Source: Eledone cirrhosa
Lineage: Eukaryota
Direction of reading: 5' to 3'
Length of the DNA stretch: 64,000 bases
NCBI GenBank assembly: GCA_964016885.1
Contig: OZ024744.1
Coordinates: 117,056,001 to 117,120,000 of the forward strand
Shown here: one piece after another, positions 40,514 to 53,334 of the stretch
Numbering within the stretch: position 1 is the stretch's first letter
Layout: every line of letters begins with the position of its first letter
The notes under the pieces: generated by a model
What the model saw: the letters and a program-made list of their open reading frames with translations, nothing else
The model's database searches: none
Told to the model about the DNA's origin: nothing
Translations under genes and position numbers: made by a program

Positions 40514-41062
40514 TATGTAAGTATATATGTATATATATGTGTATGTATATATATATATGTAAGTATATATATATGTATGTATATATGTAAGTATATATAT
40601 ATATATATACATATATATGTAAGTATATATGTAAGTATATATATATATGTAAGTATATATGTAAGTATATATATATATATATATATATATATGTAAGTAT
40701 ATATGTATATATATGTGTATATGTATATATATGTATATATATGTATATATAAGTATATATGTGTATATATGTATATATATATATATATATGTATATATAT
40801 GTATATATATATGTATATTTACGTAAGTATATATGTGTATATATATGTATATATATGTAAGTATATATGTATATATGTGTATATATATGTATATATATGT
40901 AAGTATATATGTATATATATGTATATATATATATATATGTAAGTATATATGTATATATATGTATATATATATATAAGTATATATGTATATATATGTATAT
41001 ATATAAGTATATATGTATATATATGTATATATATATGTAAATATATATGTATATATATGTAT

Positions 41063-41671
41063 CAGGTCACCAGTTGGTGCTACTGGTAACATGTATCCCA
41101 GTACAACCTGTCTCATGGTCGGGTCGTTGGCGACTAAACTGGCAACCCCACCAAGGTTTCTTGGTGAGGAGGGTGACTTTGGACATCCTGCAGGACTAAA
41201 AACAAAACCTGTCAAAAGGCAAAGGGGCTCTTAAGAGTCAATAGCCATCCAAAATCACCGGGAGAGATGACCCCTTAGCCTTTGTCAAGGCAGAATTCTA
41301 GGAGAAGGAAAACTCTGATATAACACCTGCAACCCTGATGGTATCCAATGATGTTGACTTGTTCTTCTTTTTGGTAAATATCATCTTGGTTAAGAGAGTG
41401 GGACTGGCTTTGTGCAGTGCCTTTGCTCACTATAAAAGCTTCACGGCACAGGCATTGCTTTATATCTGGAGATCTCCCTGCACTTGTCGTAACATGGTAC
41501 CATGGGCCCAGCACTGTGTGTCAATAATTGTCACAAGTGTAGTGTTTGTACCAGAGTTTTCAAGTCGCTGGCTGGACTAAAAAGTCACACCCGTTCAGCG
41601 CATCGGTAGGGGTTCTCCTACATGGATATAAAGTAGTGGGCCGTACTCGAAAACGAGTTGGCAGCCACCAT
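41063..41671 (+). mobile_element. Short non-autonomous RTE-like derivative, copy 2 (longer 5' end)
   Basis: Near-identical to 38471..39048; [23 protein letters not shown] at ~41538..41609. Confidence 0.75.
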
Positions 41672-41824
41672 ATGTATATATATATATATGTAAGTATATA
41701 TGTATATATATATGTATATATGTATATATATATATATGTAAGTATATGTATATATGTATATATGTATATATGTATATATATATATATGTATATATGTATA
41801 TATGTATATATATATGTATATATG

Positions 41825-41917
<93 letters not shown>

Positions 41918-42000
41918 GTATATATGTATATATATATATGTATATATGTATATATATATATGTATATATGTATATATATATATATGTATATATATATATG

Positions 42001-42063
<63 letters not shown>

Positions 42064-42272
42064 GTATATATGTATATATATATATGTATATATGTATATA
42101 TATATATGTATATATGTATATATATATGTATATATGTATATATATATATGTATATATGTATATATATATATATGTATATATGTATATATGTATATATATA
42201 TATGTATATATGTATATATATATATGTATATATGTATATGTATATATGTATATATATATATATGTATATATG

Positions 42273-42319
<47 letters not shown>

Positions 42320-42420
42320 GTATATATATGTATATATGTATATATGTATATATATATATGTATATATGTATATATATATATATGTATATGTATATATGTA
42401 TATGTATATATGTATATATG

Positions 42421-42467
<47 letters not shown>

Positions 42468-42744
42468 GTATATATATATATGTATATATGTATATATGTA
42501 TATATGTATATATATATATATGTATATATATATATGTATATATATATATGTATATATATATATGTATATATGTATATGTATATATGTATATGTATATATG
42601 TATATATGTATATGTATATATATATATGTATATATATATATGTATATATATATATGTATATATATATATGTATATGTATATATGTATATATGTATATATA
42701 TATATATGTATATATGTATATGTATATATGTATATATATATATG

Positions 42745-42775
<31 letters not shown>

Positions 42776-43302
42776 GTATATGTATATATATATATGTATA
42801 TGTATATATATGTGTATATATGTATATGTATATGTATATATATGTGTATATATATATATGTATATATATATATGTATATATATATATGTATATATATATA
42901 TGTATATATATATATGTATATATATATATATGTATATATATATATGTATATATATATATGTATATATATATGTATATATATATATGTATATATATATATG
43001 TATATATATATATGTGTATATATATATGTGTATATATATATGTATATATATATATGTGTATATATATATGTATATATATATATATGTGTATATATATATA
43101 TATATGTATATATATATGTATGTATATATATATGTATATGTATGTATATCTATATGTATAAATGTATATGTATATATGTATATATGTATATGTATATATG
43201 TATATTGTTATACTTTGGGAGGGTCAAATTCAGAAACGATATATATATATATGTATATATATATATGTGTATATATATATATGTATATATATGTATAACA
43301 AT

Positions 43303-45252
43303 CTGAGGTCTGTTCTCACCACCTCCGCCCATGTTTTCCGTGGTCTACCTCTACCACGTCTTCCTTCAACTGGCAATTCCTGGCACTTCTTCACCCATCA
43401 CTCATCCTCCATGCGCATCACATGTCCATACCACCTCAGTCTCCTCTCCTCTCTCGCACACTACATTCTATCCCTCTCAGACACAGTTTCTCTGTCAACA
43501 CATTCATGCCGGGTCGTTGACGCACATTTACATTGCACATCCAACGGAGCATGCTTACCTCATTTCTCTCCAGCCGTCGCATATCTTCTGCAGTTGCTGC
43601 CCATGTTTCACTACCATGCAGCATCGCGCTCCTCACACAGGCATCATACAACCGGCCTTTCGTACGCAGGGAGAAACCCTTCTTCGTCAGCAGAGGAAGC
43701 AGCTTCCTGAACTTCTTCCAGCCCATCCTTATTCTAGATACTATGGCCTTGGAACACCCTCCTCCCATGCTAATCTGATCTCCTAGATACCGGAAGCTAT
43801 CCACCACTTCTATAGCGCCCTCCTGCACTTGAAAATGTGTCTATCAATGCGACTTCTACTGTCTAATTTACTGCATACATATTTCTCCCTACATGTTAGT
43901 TTCCCTGCTATCCCGCTACATCTGTTGTGTACCCAGGATCTGCATTGTGTGCATTTTATAGAATTTATGCCAGTTCCTTTTCTGCATATTGAACATGGCC
44001 ATTTTCCTGATGGAATCAGAGTGTTGTCCTCTTTTCTATTCATCAACACTTTTGTCTTAGCTAGGTTATTCCTCTAACTTCCAACTGCTGTTTCCATAGC
44101 CAGAATTTATTCTCTAGCTCCTCTACTGATTCTGCTATAAAACCAGATCGTCAGCATAGAGAAGTTCTCATGGACAGCCAGTCTTAAACTCCTCCGTTAT
44201 GGCTTCGAGGACTATAATGAACAAGAGCGGGCTGAGGACTGAACCTTAATGTACTCCTACTTGTATCTGGAATTCCCCACTAAACTCCATTCCTACCCTG
44301 ACTTTACTGACAGTAACTCTGTACAAAGTTTGCACTGTCCTCACAAGCCATTCCTCAACACCTAGCTTCCTTAGGGACCACCAGATGACAGATCGGCGTA
44401 CCCTATCAAAGGCCTTCTCTAGGTCAACAAAGGCTAAGTATAGTGGCTTATTCTTCTCTAAGAACCTCTCTTGCAATTGTCTCACCAAGAAGAGGGCATC
44501 TGTTGTACTCTTCCCAGGCACAAAACCAAACTGCATCTCATCTAGTTTGACCCTTTCTCTAATTAGTTGTGCTAATATCCTTTCTGCCACTTTCATAACC
44601 TGATCCATCAGTTTTATATCCCTATAATTGTTCCTCTCCAGAGCATCCCCTTTACCTTTGTAGCAATTTATGAGAATACTGCTGCACCAGTCTTTGGGTA
44701 TGACACCACCATATATAGCCTGATTGATGATGCGTGCAACCAGTTTAGTGCCTACGTCCCCTGCTGCCTTCAGCATCTCCGCCTCCCTGCGTGCTAAGTA
44801 CACCTGACGTCTAGCTTCTCTCTTAGTATATTCTTCCCTACTCCCACCCTTTTTTCCAAGCCTTCCATGCTAGTCTTTTATCTCTAATGGCCTTATCTAC
44901 TGTGCTGTTCCACCACCAGGTCACTCTCTGTCTGGTTGGAGCTCTGCTCCAGCCACAAGTTTCATCAGTAGCCTGCAGTAAGTTGTCACGTAAGAAATTC
45001 CAGTTATCTATGTCATACGTCTCTAAATCGTCTTCTTTTTTGTCATACACATCTTGAGGGGCTTTCCTAAATTTGCATTTAAGTGAAAGGTCTTTTAGCT
45101 TCTAGACCTTTCTTCTCCACACCTTCCTATATGTCTTGTTCCATCTCTTGCCTATTGAGATATCACTAACAACTAACCTATGCTGTGGGGTACATTTTTC
45201 CCCAGGGTATGCCTTGGTATTAGACACTATCTGCCTGTCCCAAGTCCTAACT
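43303..45252 (-). mobile_element. RTE-clade LINE remnant (ORF2 pseudogene with internal deletions)
   Basis: RT motifs QFGFVPGKSTTDALF, FVDLEKAFDRV, GVH*GSVLSPLLF, LYADDLV, FRYLGD, and C-terminal LRWYGHVMRM...GRRGRGRPRKTW. Confidence 0.95.
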
Positions 45253-45383
45253 GTATATATATATATATATATATGTGTATATATGTATATATATATGTAT
45301 GTATATGTATATATATGTATATATATGTATATGTATATATATGTATATGTATATATATGTATATATATGTATGTATATGTATA

Positions 45384-45723
45384 TCATCATCATCATCATC
45401 ATTTTACGTCCACTTTTCCCTGCTTGCAAGGGTGGGACGGGAACTGATTCTGGCTTGATTTCTACAGCTGGATGCCCTTCCTAACACCAACCTCATTTAC
45501 AGTGAGTGCTGGGTGCTTTTTGCCATGGCACCTACACGACCACTTTGCAGTGGAATGATAGGGACCCCAGTCCCTATCATCTCATTTCTACAGCTGAGTA
45601 AACTGGAGCAATGTGAAATAAAGTGTCTTGCTCAAGGAAACAACACATCACCCGGTTTGAGAATTGAACTCACAACCTTTCGATTGCTAGGCCAATGCTC
45701 TAACCACTAAGCCATGTGCCTCC
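45384..45723 (-). mobile_element. SINE family B, full length
   Basis: Same A/B boxes and RTE tail as the 38124 and 52998 copies. Confidence 0.9.
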
Positions 45724-45768
45724 ATGTATATATATGTATATATATGTATATATGTATATATGTATATA

Positions 45769-45821
<53 letters not shown>

Positions 45822-46425
45822 ATGTATATATGTATATATGTATATATATATATATATGTATGTATATGTATATATGTATATATGTATATATATATATATA
45901 TGTATGTATATGTATATATGTATATATATATATATATATATGTATATATGTGTATATATGTATATATATGTATATATGTATATATATGTATATATGTATA
46001 TATATGTATATATATGTATATATGTATATATATGTATATATGTATATATATGTATATATGTATATATATGTATATATGTATATATATGTATATGTGTATA
46101 TATGTATATATATGTATATATGTATATATATATGTATATGTATATATATATGTATATGTATATATATGTGTATATGTGTGTATATGTATATATATGTATA
46201 TATGTATATATATGTATATATATATGTATATATGTATATATATATATGTATATATATGTATATATGTATATATATATATGTATATATATATGTATATATA
46301 TGTATATATATGTATATATATATGTATATATATGTATATATATATGTATATATATGTATGTATGTATATATATATATGTATATATATGTATGTATGTATA
46401 TATGTATATATGTATGTATATATAT
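45724..46425. repeat. (TA)n/(TATG)n microsatellite
   Basis: Direct inspection. Confidence 0.95.
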
Positions 46426-46706
46426 AATGTATGAAATAAAGTGTCTTTCCTTGAGCAAGACACTTTATTTCACATTGCTCCAGTTTACTCAGCTGTAGAA
46501 ATGAGATGATAGGGACTGGGTTCCCTATCATTCCACTGCAAAGTGGTCGTGGAGGTGCCATGGCAAAAAAGCACCCAGCACTCACTGTAAATGAGGTTGG
46601 TGTTAGGAAGGGCATTCAGCTGTAGAAATCAAGCCAGAATCAGTTCCCGTCCCACCCTTGCAAGCAGGGAAAAAAGGACGTAAAATGAAATGAAATGAAA
46701 ATGAAA
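46426..46706 (+). mobile_element. SINE family B, 5'-truncated with a short 5' inversion
   Basis: Lacks the tRNA head; begins with the reverse complement of its own aagacactttatttcacatt. Confidence 0.88.
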
Positions 46707-47704
46707 TATGTATAATGTAGGAGGTGAGTTTTATTGTAGTACAATAAAGCAATGCAAATATCGGATAAGTAGCACTCAACTGTTTATAGGACTGGAGTAT
46801 AAATAATATAAAATCAAAAGATGGTTAAAAGAGTTCCATGTATTTTATTATGCGCATTTCAAAAACAAATATCATCATGGGATGATTTTTGCGTTCTCAT
46901 CAGATAAAATAGGGAGGCATATGAAGCTTAAAAAACACTTGCGAGCAGTGAAGTGTTAAATCAACATATGAAAAATAAAAGATGGATATATGAGATTGGA
47001 AAAAAAGAAAGGAAGGGGGTAAGGAAAAGGTAAGGAAGAGAAAGAAAGAATATAGATAGAAAAAAATATAATAATAAGGAAAGGATGACGGAGGAGGAGT
47101 ATAAGAAGGAAGGATGAGAGAGGAGAAGAAAATGAGTGAGAGAGCGAGAGAGATAACCTTCAATACAAAGAAACGCTGTCTCACAGAGAAAAAAAAAAAA
47201 AAAAAACTGTTGTAAGATAATACATAATTTAAAAAATTAAGAAATTAAAAGTTAATGAGGTTTATGAATGGTGATGCTTATGATTAAAGAAAAATGAATT
47301 AAGAATACTGTTTATTTAAGGTTTATATATTGAAGGGTTTAATAAGATGTGCGAAAAGGAATTTATTAAAATGTATTATTAAAATAAAATATATTAAGAA
47401 GATAAGGTGAATGAAGATAAGGTTAAATGAGTTATGAATTTAGAGGAATTAATTAGGGTCCAAGTTTGTTTCTATATATTGTAATAGGAAAAAGTAAATA
47501 ATAGAGTTAATACGAGCATGGAAGGAGAGAAGAAAGAAAGAATTCAAAGGAGAAAAAATATATAACGTCAAAAAAATGTTTACAAAATTTCTCTAATGGT
47601 AATATTAGTATATATTAAAAATAAAAATTTGTATGGCCGAGAATATAAGGAAAATGCTATAGTGAGTTATAATATGAATTAAGAAATAAATGAGAAGTAA
47701 AAGT

Positions 47705-48193
47705 TGCCGTACTAAGAGTGAGAAATGAAATTTTGTTTCATTCTTTTCCATTTATCGTTTTCGGTATGCCCGGCCGACTAACTCACTCGATATGCAAATT
47801 AGGCTGCTCAGCCGTTTAATATGCATAAGGAAAGTATATACTTTCAGACGTTCAACCATCTGACAGAAAGGTATACGATGCTGACGATAGCTAATAAGCT
47901 TGAAACTTGTTCATCGTTCCTTTGTCAGTGTTGAACAAAAGGGCGACGATGGTTGCTGAGCACTGTACGGCATAATTCGGGCTGTTTGTTTACAAACAAA
48001 CTGAACATTATAATAAATGTTCGGTAAACCCATACGTACATATATATATGTGTGCATATATGTATGTATATACATACTACTGTACGTCTGTATACATATA
48101 TGTATGTACGTATACATACTTATATTTAGGTATCAGCCGTACTAAGAGTACTAAGAATGAGAAATGAAATTTCGTTTCATTCTTTTCCATTTA
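47705..48193 (+). mobile_element. Penelope-type terminal-repeat unit bounded by ~50-bp direct repeats, with hammerhead
   Basis: gccgtactaagagt..gagaaatgaaattt.gtttcattcttttccattta at 47705 and ~48137; hammerhead at 47876. Confidence 0.7.
47876..47916 (+). ncRNA. Minimal type I hammerhead ribozyme motif (stem III mutated)
   Basis: cgaug CUGACGA u agcu aaua agcu u GAAA cuug UU caucg. Confidence 0.7.
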
Positions 48194-48499
48194 TATATAT
48201 ATGTGTATATGTATATGTATATATATATGTATATATATATATGTATATATGTATATATATATGTATATATATGTATATATAATCAGAAGCCTTTAACAAA
48301 CTTCTAGTCATACTTTGTTACTTGATATCCTTTTGTTTTCTTTCTTTCTTTATGTTTTTTATAAACCTTTCTGAATTAAAGTCTTACACTGTGTATGATG
48401 TGCCTTCATCTTTCAAATTCCACCCTTGAGATATTGGTCAACCCGAGTCTATAGTTGAAGATATTTACCAAAGTTGATATGCAATGGCACCGAACCTGC

Positions 48500-48840
48500 A
48501 GCTATGTACTTACAAAGCAAACTTCTCCACCACCCACTTATTTCTGAGAAGGGATCAAAGTCCTTAAACACTCCTTCTCCTTGCTGCTGGTCCTGTCGGA
48601 AGCAGCCATGTCCAACTGATCCGGTTGGATCTCCAAGCGAGACCAGCCAAGTTCATGGAAGTTATCCAACCATCTGGCTCAGAGTCTACCCCTGGGTCTC
48701 CTGTCTTTTGGTTTTTGCCTGTAAAATCTGTTCAGAGATTCTTTCCTGAGACATTCTAACCACATGTCATAGTATCAGAGCTGTGATCTCTAAATTCGGA
48801 GAAGTAGCAGCTCTACCTGGAGTGAAAGCTTCTCAGCCAC
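48500..48840. mobile_element. Old dispersed repeat, probably a LINE fragment
   Basis: 48770..48825 is the reverse-complement homolog of ~6155..6215. Confidence 0.45.
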
Positions 48841-49374
48841 AATAGTTGCATGCACCTATAAATGTATTTACTTATAAAAATCTAGAGCAAAGGGTTTCAT
48901 TAAGAAAAAAAACTATATAAAAAAAACACCATATCAATTGTCTTTTTTTTAAATTATTTCATATAGTATCTAATTAAGAGAGGGTTTGTTTATTTTCAGT
49001 TGCAATTTATTTCATTAAAAATGTGTCATTAGACATGTATCAATTTCTTAATTTTATCAGTTTTCTTATCATAATTTCTTAACAAAGACATGTATCCCAA
49101 TTTATTTCATTACAAATGTGTCATTAGACATGTATCAATTTCTTAATTTTATCATAATTTTCTTAATTGTAATTTCTTAATAAAGACATGTATCCCAATT
49201 TCATAATTTCCTTTTCAAGTAATAAAAATATTTGTAATAAGAATATATAAGCTTGATAACAAATTAAAATTTTTAAATTGATTTCTAATTTTTAATTTAT
49301 TTTGTAATAAATAAAAGAACACTAATTATAAAAATGAAATTTAATTTAGCATCTTTTTTAATTTTTTTTTCTAG

Positions 49375-52300
49375 CCTTGCAGTCGCTGTAATCCAGGTTA
49401 TGGTTTAACAAAAGCTACAAGAAATGTTTTTGGTTTAACTTCTACAAAGACGACATTTGTTCACAGCAGTGCCAATCATAAAGTTTGGTCAGTATCATCA
49501 GTGAAGCCAAATATAATAAAACCCCAATTTGCTTGGCCCTGTGAAGAAAAGAGTAAGAGTTTCTCTGACTTGTCAAAATTGGGGCTTAATCCTGAGCCAA
49601 GTGATCAAGTTGATCGACTGTCGGTATCTGATCATCACAGGTGGCTTAAACCTGATAAGTATTACCAAGAAACTTGGCAACAGTCTAAGTGGATACATGA
49701 TTACAGAGGAGAATTAAAAGAAGATTATAAATATAAGACGTATGCTGGTACAACAAAACATAGCAATCAGCTAAACTCTGCTTTTAAAGAAAAATTATTG
49801 TTTTTCAGTAGAGATAAGCAAACCAAATTTAATGAAATTGGAAGAAATGTGGATAAGAACCTCCCATCAAATGACTATATGGAGTCAAATTATCCTTTAA
49901 ACAAACAAAATATTCCTAAAAATTCAGATTCAAGGCCAAATATATCAACGTGCCAGTCTGATAACCCAAAACCTGATGCCCGAAGACAATCCGATGAAGT
50001 TTTTTACACATTTACCCAGCCCCATAGCAAGGCTTTTGAGTTTGGGTTAAATAGAGGTTCCTCTGAAAATCCAGCTACTGTACAATCATACGAATCTCTG
50101 AATTCTGAAATTTCTGATTTTGAATTTTCTGTTGAAGAAACTGGCCATGAAAAATCTCCCTCGTGGCCTGTTACTGTCCATAGTAAAATTCCCTGTGAAC
50201 CCTACACTATTGCTGTATCTAAGCAGTCACAAAACTGGTCTTCCTCAACTCCTATGTTAGCAAAGCACAAATCTCTGTCTTCTGCTAAGCAAGGAAACAC
50301 ACCTCTTTTTGAGAAACGTTCTACGGAGGATACTTCTCATGACAACTATGCTGGCAGCAAACTCTACCATAAACCAAAGTCATCAATGCGATTTAAAGAA
50401 TTTTATAATTCTAAACCTGGATATCCTCCACCAAGATTTGATTCCGATGGTCACAATTTAGGGGATGCTGAGTATAATGTTCCTTCTCCACCAGAACGTG
50501 ATATTCCGGTCCCCAAATTATTGCCCTCTGTAAATGAAAGGGCTTCAAGTAAAACTATGTTATCACATAGTCAACAAACTTCTCCGATTAGTCCGTTAAT
50601 CATGAATTGGCCCCAACTTTCTTCTTCTACTTCTAATCTTAACCTTCACAGAGATAGCCAAACCTCTCTTCCAGAGGATGAGCAAAAGAAGAGATTCTCA
50701 ACCACTTCTGAAGATGAAAAAGATAATTCTATGAAAGCAAAGTCAGGCAATTTGCTAACAAACCCTGTGAAAATAGGTGGAGAGAAATATGCTGCAAACA
50801 ATAACTATAAGTTAGGGGACATAAAAAGTGCTACAGCTGCTTCTTCATCAACTTATATTATCAGACAAACTCCTTATTACAACACTAGTACTCAAACAGA
50901 GTTAGTATTTCCTGTCACTCAAGCATTGCCAATTTCAAGTAAGAGTACAGAATTATCAAAGATGAAAAATGCTGGAGTGCAGGTTGGCTTAGAGAAAGAT
51001 TTTGATCATGAAAACATTTCCCAGACCATTCTACCTACAGATAATAAAGACCCTGATTTTAATTCAAGTCAGACCAAGAGTGTGCAGTCCGACAGATTGC
51101 ACACCAGATTAGAAGGAGATGTCAATGCTAATTACTCAAGATCTTATCAACCATTGCGTAGGTCTGTTGAAATTCAGAGTGAAGTGCCAGGAGATCTTGC
51201 TGGAGATGAGTTTAGAAACATGGCACCATTTTTAGAAGAAAAAAGGGATCGTGTTAGTGATATAAATCCCATGAAATTTAACACAGAGTCAAACAAACAA
51301 CTAAAGCAAAGGTCTGCATCAGAATCTGAAGTTAGAAGGCCTATCACAGTTGAGAATTTATTATCTGGTTACCAAGACTATGTTCCAAGTACAGCACCCA
51401 TTCTCCGGAAACTCTCAGAAGAACTGTATATGCAAGCATACAGACAAGGGAATATTCCTCCAGCTGTTGGCACAGTGTCCTCGAATTTGTCAACATCACA
51501 GGAAACACTGACACCGAGCCTGAAACATGCCGATTCCAGTAGTAGTCTTGTAAGTAAAGTTTCACTATCTGACTCAATCACATCATCAAGGTCTAATTGC
51601 TTTAGCTTCCCAAACCAGTCAAATATAGCTAGGGAGACACAAAAACACTATCCATTATCAGCAAATCTGCATTTTAACAGTCAAACTCCTTTTCTTGAGT
51701 CTGAAGAGGACCAATCATTCGAATGCCAACCTACTAATCAAAGTCTTCAACTACCAAAAAAAGAAAAAACTCCAAATTTATATAAAAAACAAAATTCTGG
51801 TTCTAGTTATACATCAGATGTCAGTAATGCAAGCAGAACATCATCTACACGGCAAGAACAAGGTATTCTGGAGAAAACTGGACTTCAAACTACTAACTAT
51901 GCACCTTCGCAAAAAACACAAGATTTGTATGGGTTAGGGTTGTCAACAATCGTACCATTTCCAGCGGTGTATGATTCTTCAGCTTTTACCAAACTTGATG
52001 CAAGCAAGTTGAAAAAATTTCACAGTTCAACTTCTGTATTAAACAGTAATAAAAGTGCTTATGGCAAAGATCGGTTCAGTTTTTCAAGCAGCCAAACCTC
52101 TTTGTTCCATAAGCATGAAGATGAAAATCCTCCAGTTTCCAGCCAATCTGATGACCGGATTTCTTCATCACAAATCACTGCTACACGAAGACCATCAATG
52201 AAGAAAGCTTTTGGAATGTATGATGAGACTGAAGCAACATTGTCAGAAAGATCGCTTATTAATTATAAACGAAATTCATTTGATAGCCACGGGTCATCAG

Positions 52301-52805
52301 AAATGGCTGAGAAGGAGAATAAATTTGAAGGGAAGTCGGAACATCCTGCAAGGAGACCTCTTATAAAAGCAGAAGGTTTAACAGAATTGGGTCAGTCTAT
52401 GCAAGGAGAAGGTTCAAACAGCCCAACTCATAATAGCCAGTCATCTACCGCTATTGTGCATGGGCGTAGTGACAGCTTACCTTTGTCTGTAAAACTAAAA
52501 TATGAAGATAGGTTTGCAGTACCACAAGGTCCGGCCCCTAAAAAGTCATACGAGATCAGCATTAGTAATCAACGCAACATGAATCGAACGACTTCAGAGA
52601 CAATTTACCCACTAAGGAGCTACACTAGTAACTTGGATGTAACTTCTTCTCAGACTCAGCACCCGTCACCTAAAACAGCACCCATTGATGGATGGAATAT
52701 GCAACAATCAATCGACAGTTATGACAGGATATTGAAGAATTCTCGCCGGAGAAGTTATTCCAGCAATGATCATGTCTTCAAAAAATCTGTCTTTAGTGCT
52801 CCATT
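49375..52805 (+). CDS. Giant internal coding exon (3,431 bp, ~1,143 codons) of a host gene; Ser/Thr/Gln-rich, probably disordered scaffold region; gene not identified
   Basis: Non-repetitive frame open from acceptor ttttttttctAG|CCT (phase 0) to donor CCATT|GTAAGT (phase 2); the ORF-track GTG start and TAA stop are artefacts of the exon boundaries. Confidence 0.9.
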
Positions 52806-52997
52806 GTAAGTATTTGATATTTTCTTTACTCTTCTACTGGTTTCACTTATGTTTAACCAATACCATGTCAGTAAATTTTGTAGATGTAAGCTATGCTGAA
52901 GTCCATCCTATATTCATATATAAACATAGATATGTGTCCATGTTTTTCTCCAAGTTAGTTTATTGACTATAACCAATAAATCCATAATGATCAACAT

Positions 52998-53334
52998 ATG
53001 GCTTAGTGGTTAGAGCATTGGCCTTGCAATCGAAAGGTTGTGAGTTCAATTCTCAGACCGGGTGATGTGTTGTTTCCTTGAGCAAGGCACTTTATTTCAC
53101 ATTGCTCCAGTTTACTCAGCTGTAGAAATGAGATGATAGGGACTGGTGTCCCTATCATTCCACTGCAAAGTGGTCGTGGAGGTGCCACGGCAAAAAAGTA
53201 CCCAGCACTCACTGTAAATGAGGTTGGTGTTAGGAAGGGCATCCAGCTGTAGAAATCAAGCCAGAATCAGTTCCCGTCCCACCCTTGCAAGCAGGGAAAA
53301 GCGGACGTAAAATGAAATGATGATGATGATGATG
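52998..53334 (+). mobile_element. SINE family B flanked by a 78-bp direct duplication
   Basis: 52922..52999 equals 53335..53412. Confidence 0.93.

Larger units (their letters stand above)
39047..43297. repeat. Large (TA)n/(TATG)n microsatellite field interrupted by insertions
   Basis: TA runs with gtaagaa/gtaagag/gtaag spacers; ~1.5-kb TA/TG tract at 41672..43205. Confidence 0.95.

Noticed and set aside
41546-43306. 586/514/471-aa Tyr/Ile ORFs
   Set aside because: (TA)n/(TATG)n microsatellite translations
48770-48782. tRNA-Met primer-binding-site-like gtatcagagc
   Set aside because: Lacks the TGG start and an adjacent LTR; part of an old dispersed repeat
49004-49215. ~95-bp AT-rich local duplication upstream of the acceptor
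   Set aside because: Ordinary intronic slippage duplication with no further signal
49501-52809. Single-exon 1,102-aa gene as called by the ORF track
   Set aside because: GTG start; the frame extends upstream to a splice acceptor and the stop lies within the GTAAGT donor
52998-53062. tRNA gene
   Set aside because: A/B boxes belong to a SINE head that continues into a CORE-like domain and RTE tail; multiple copies present
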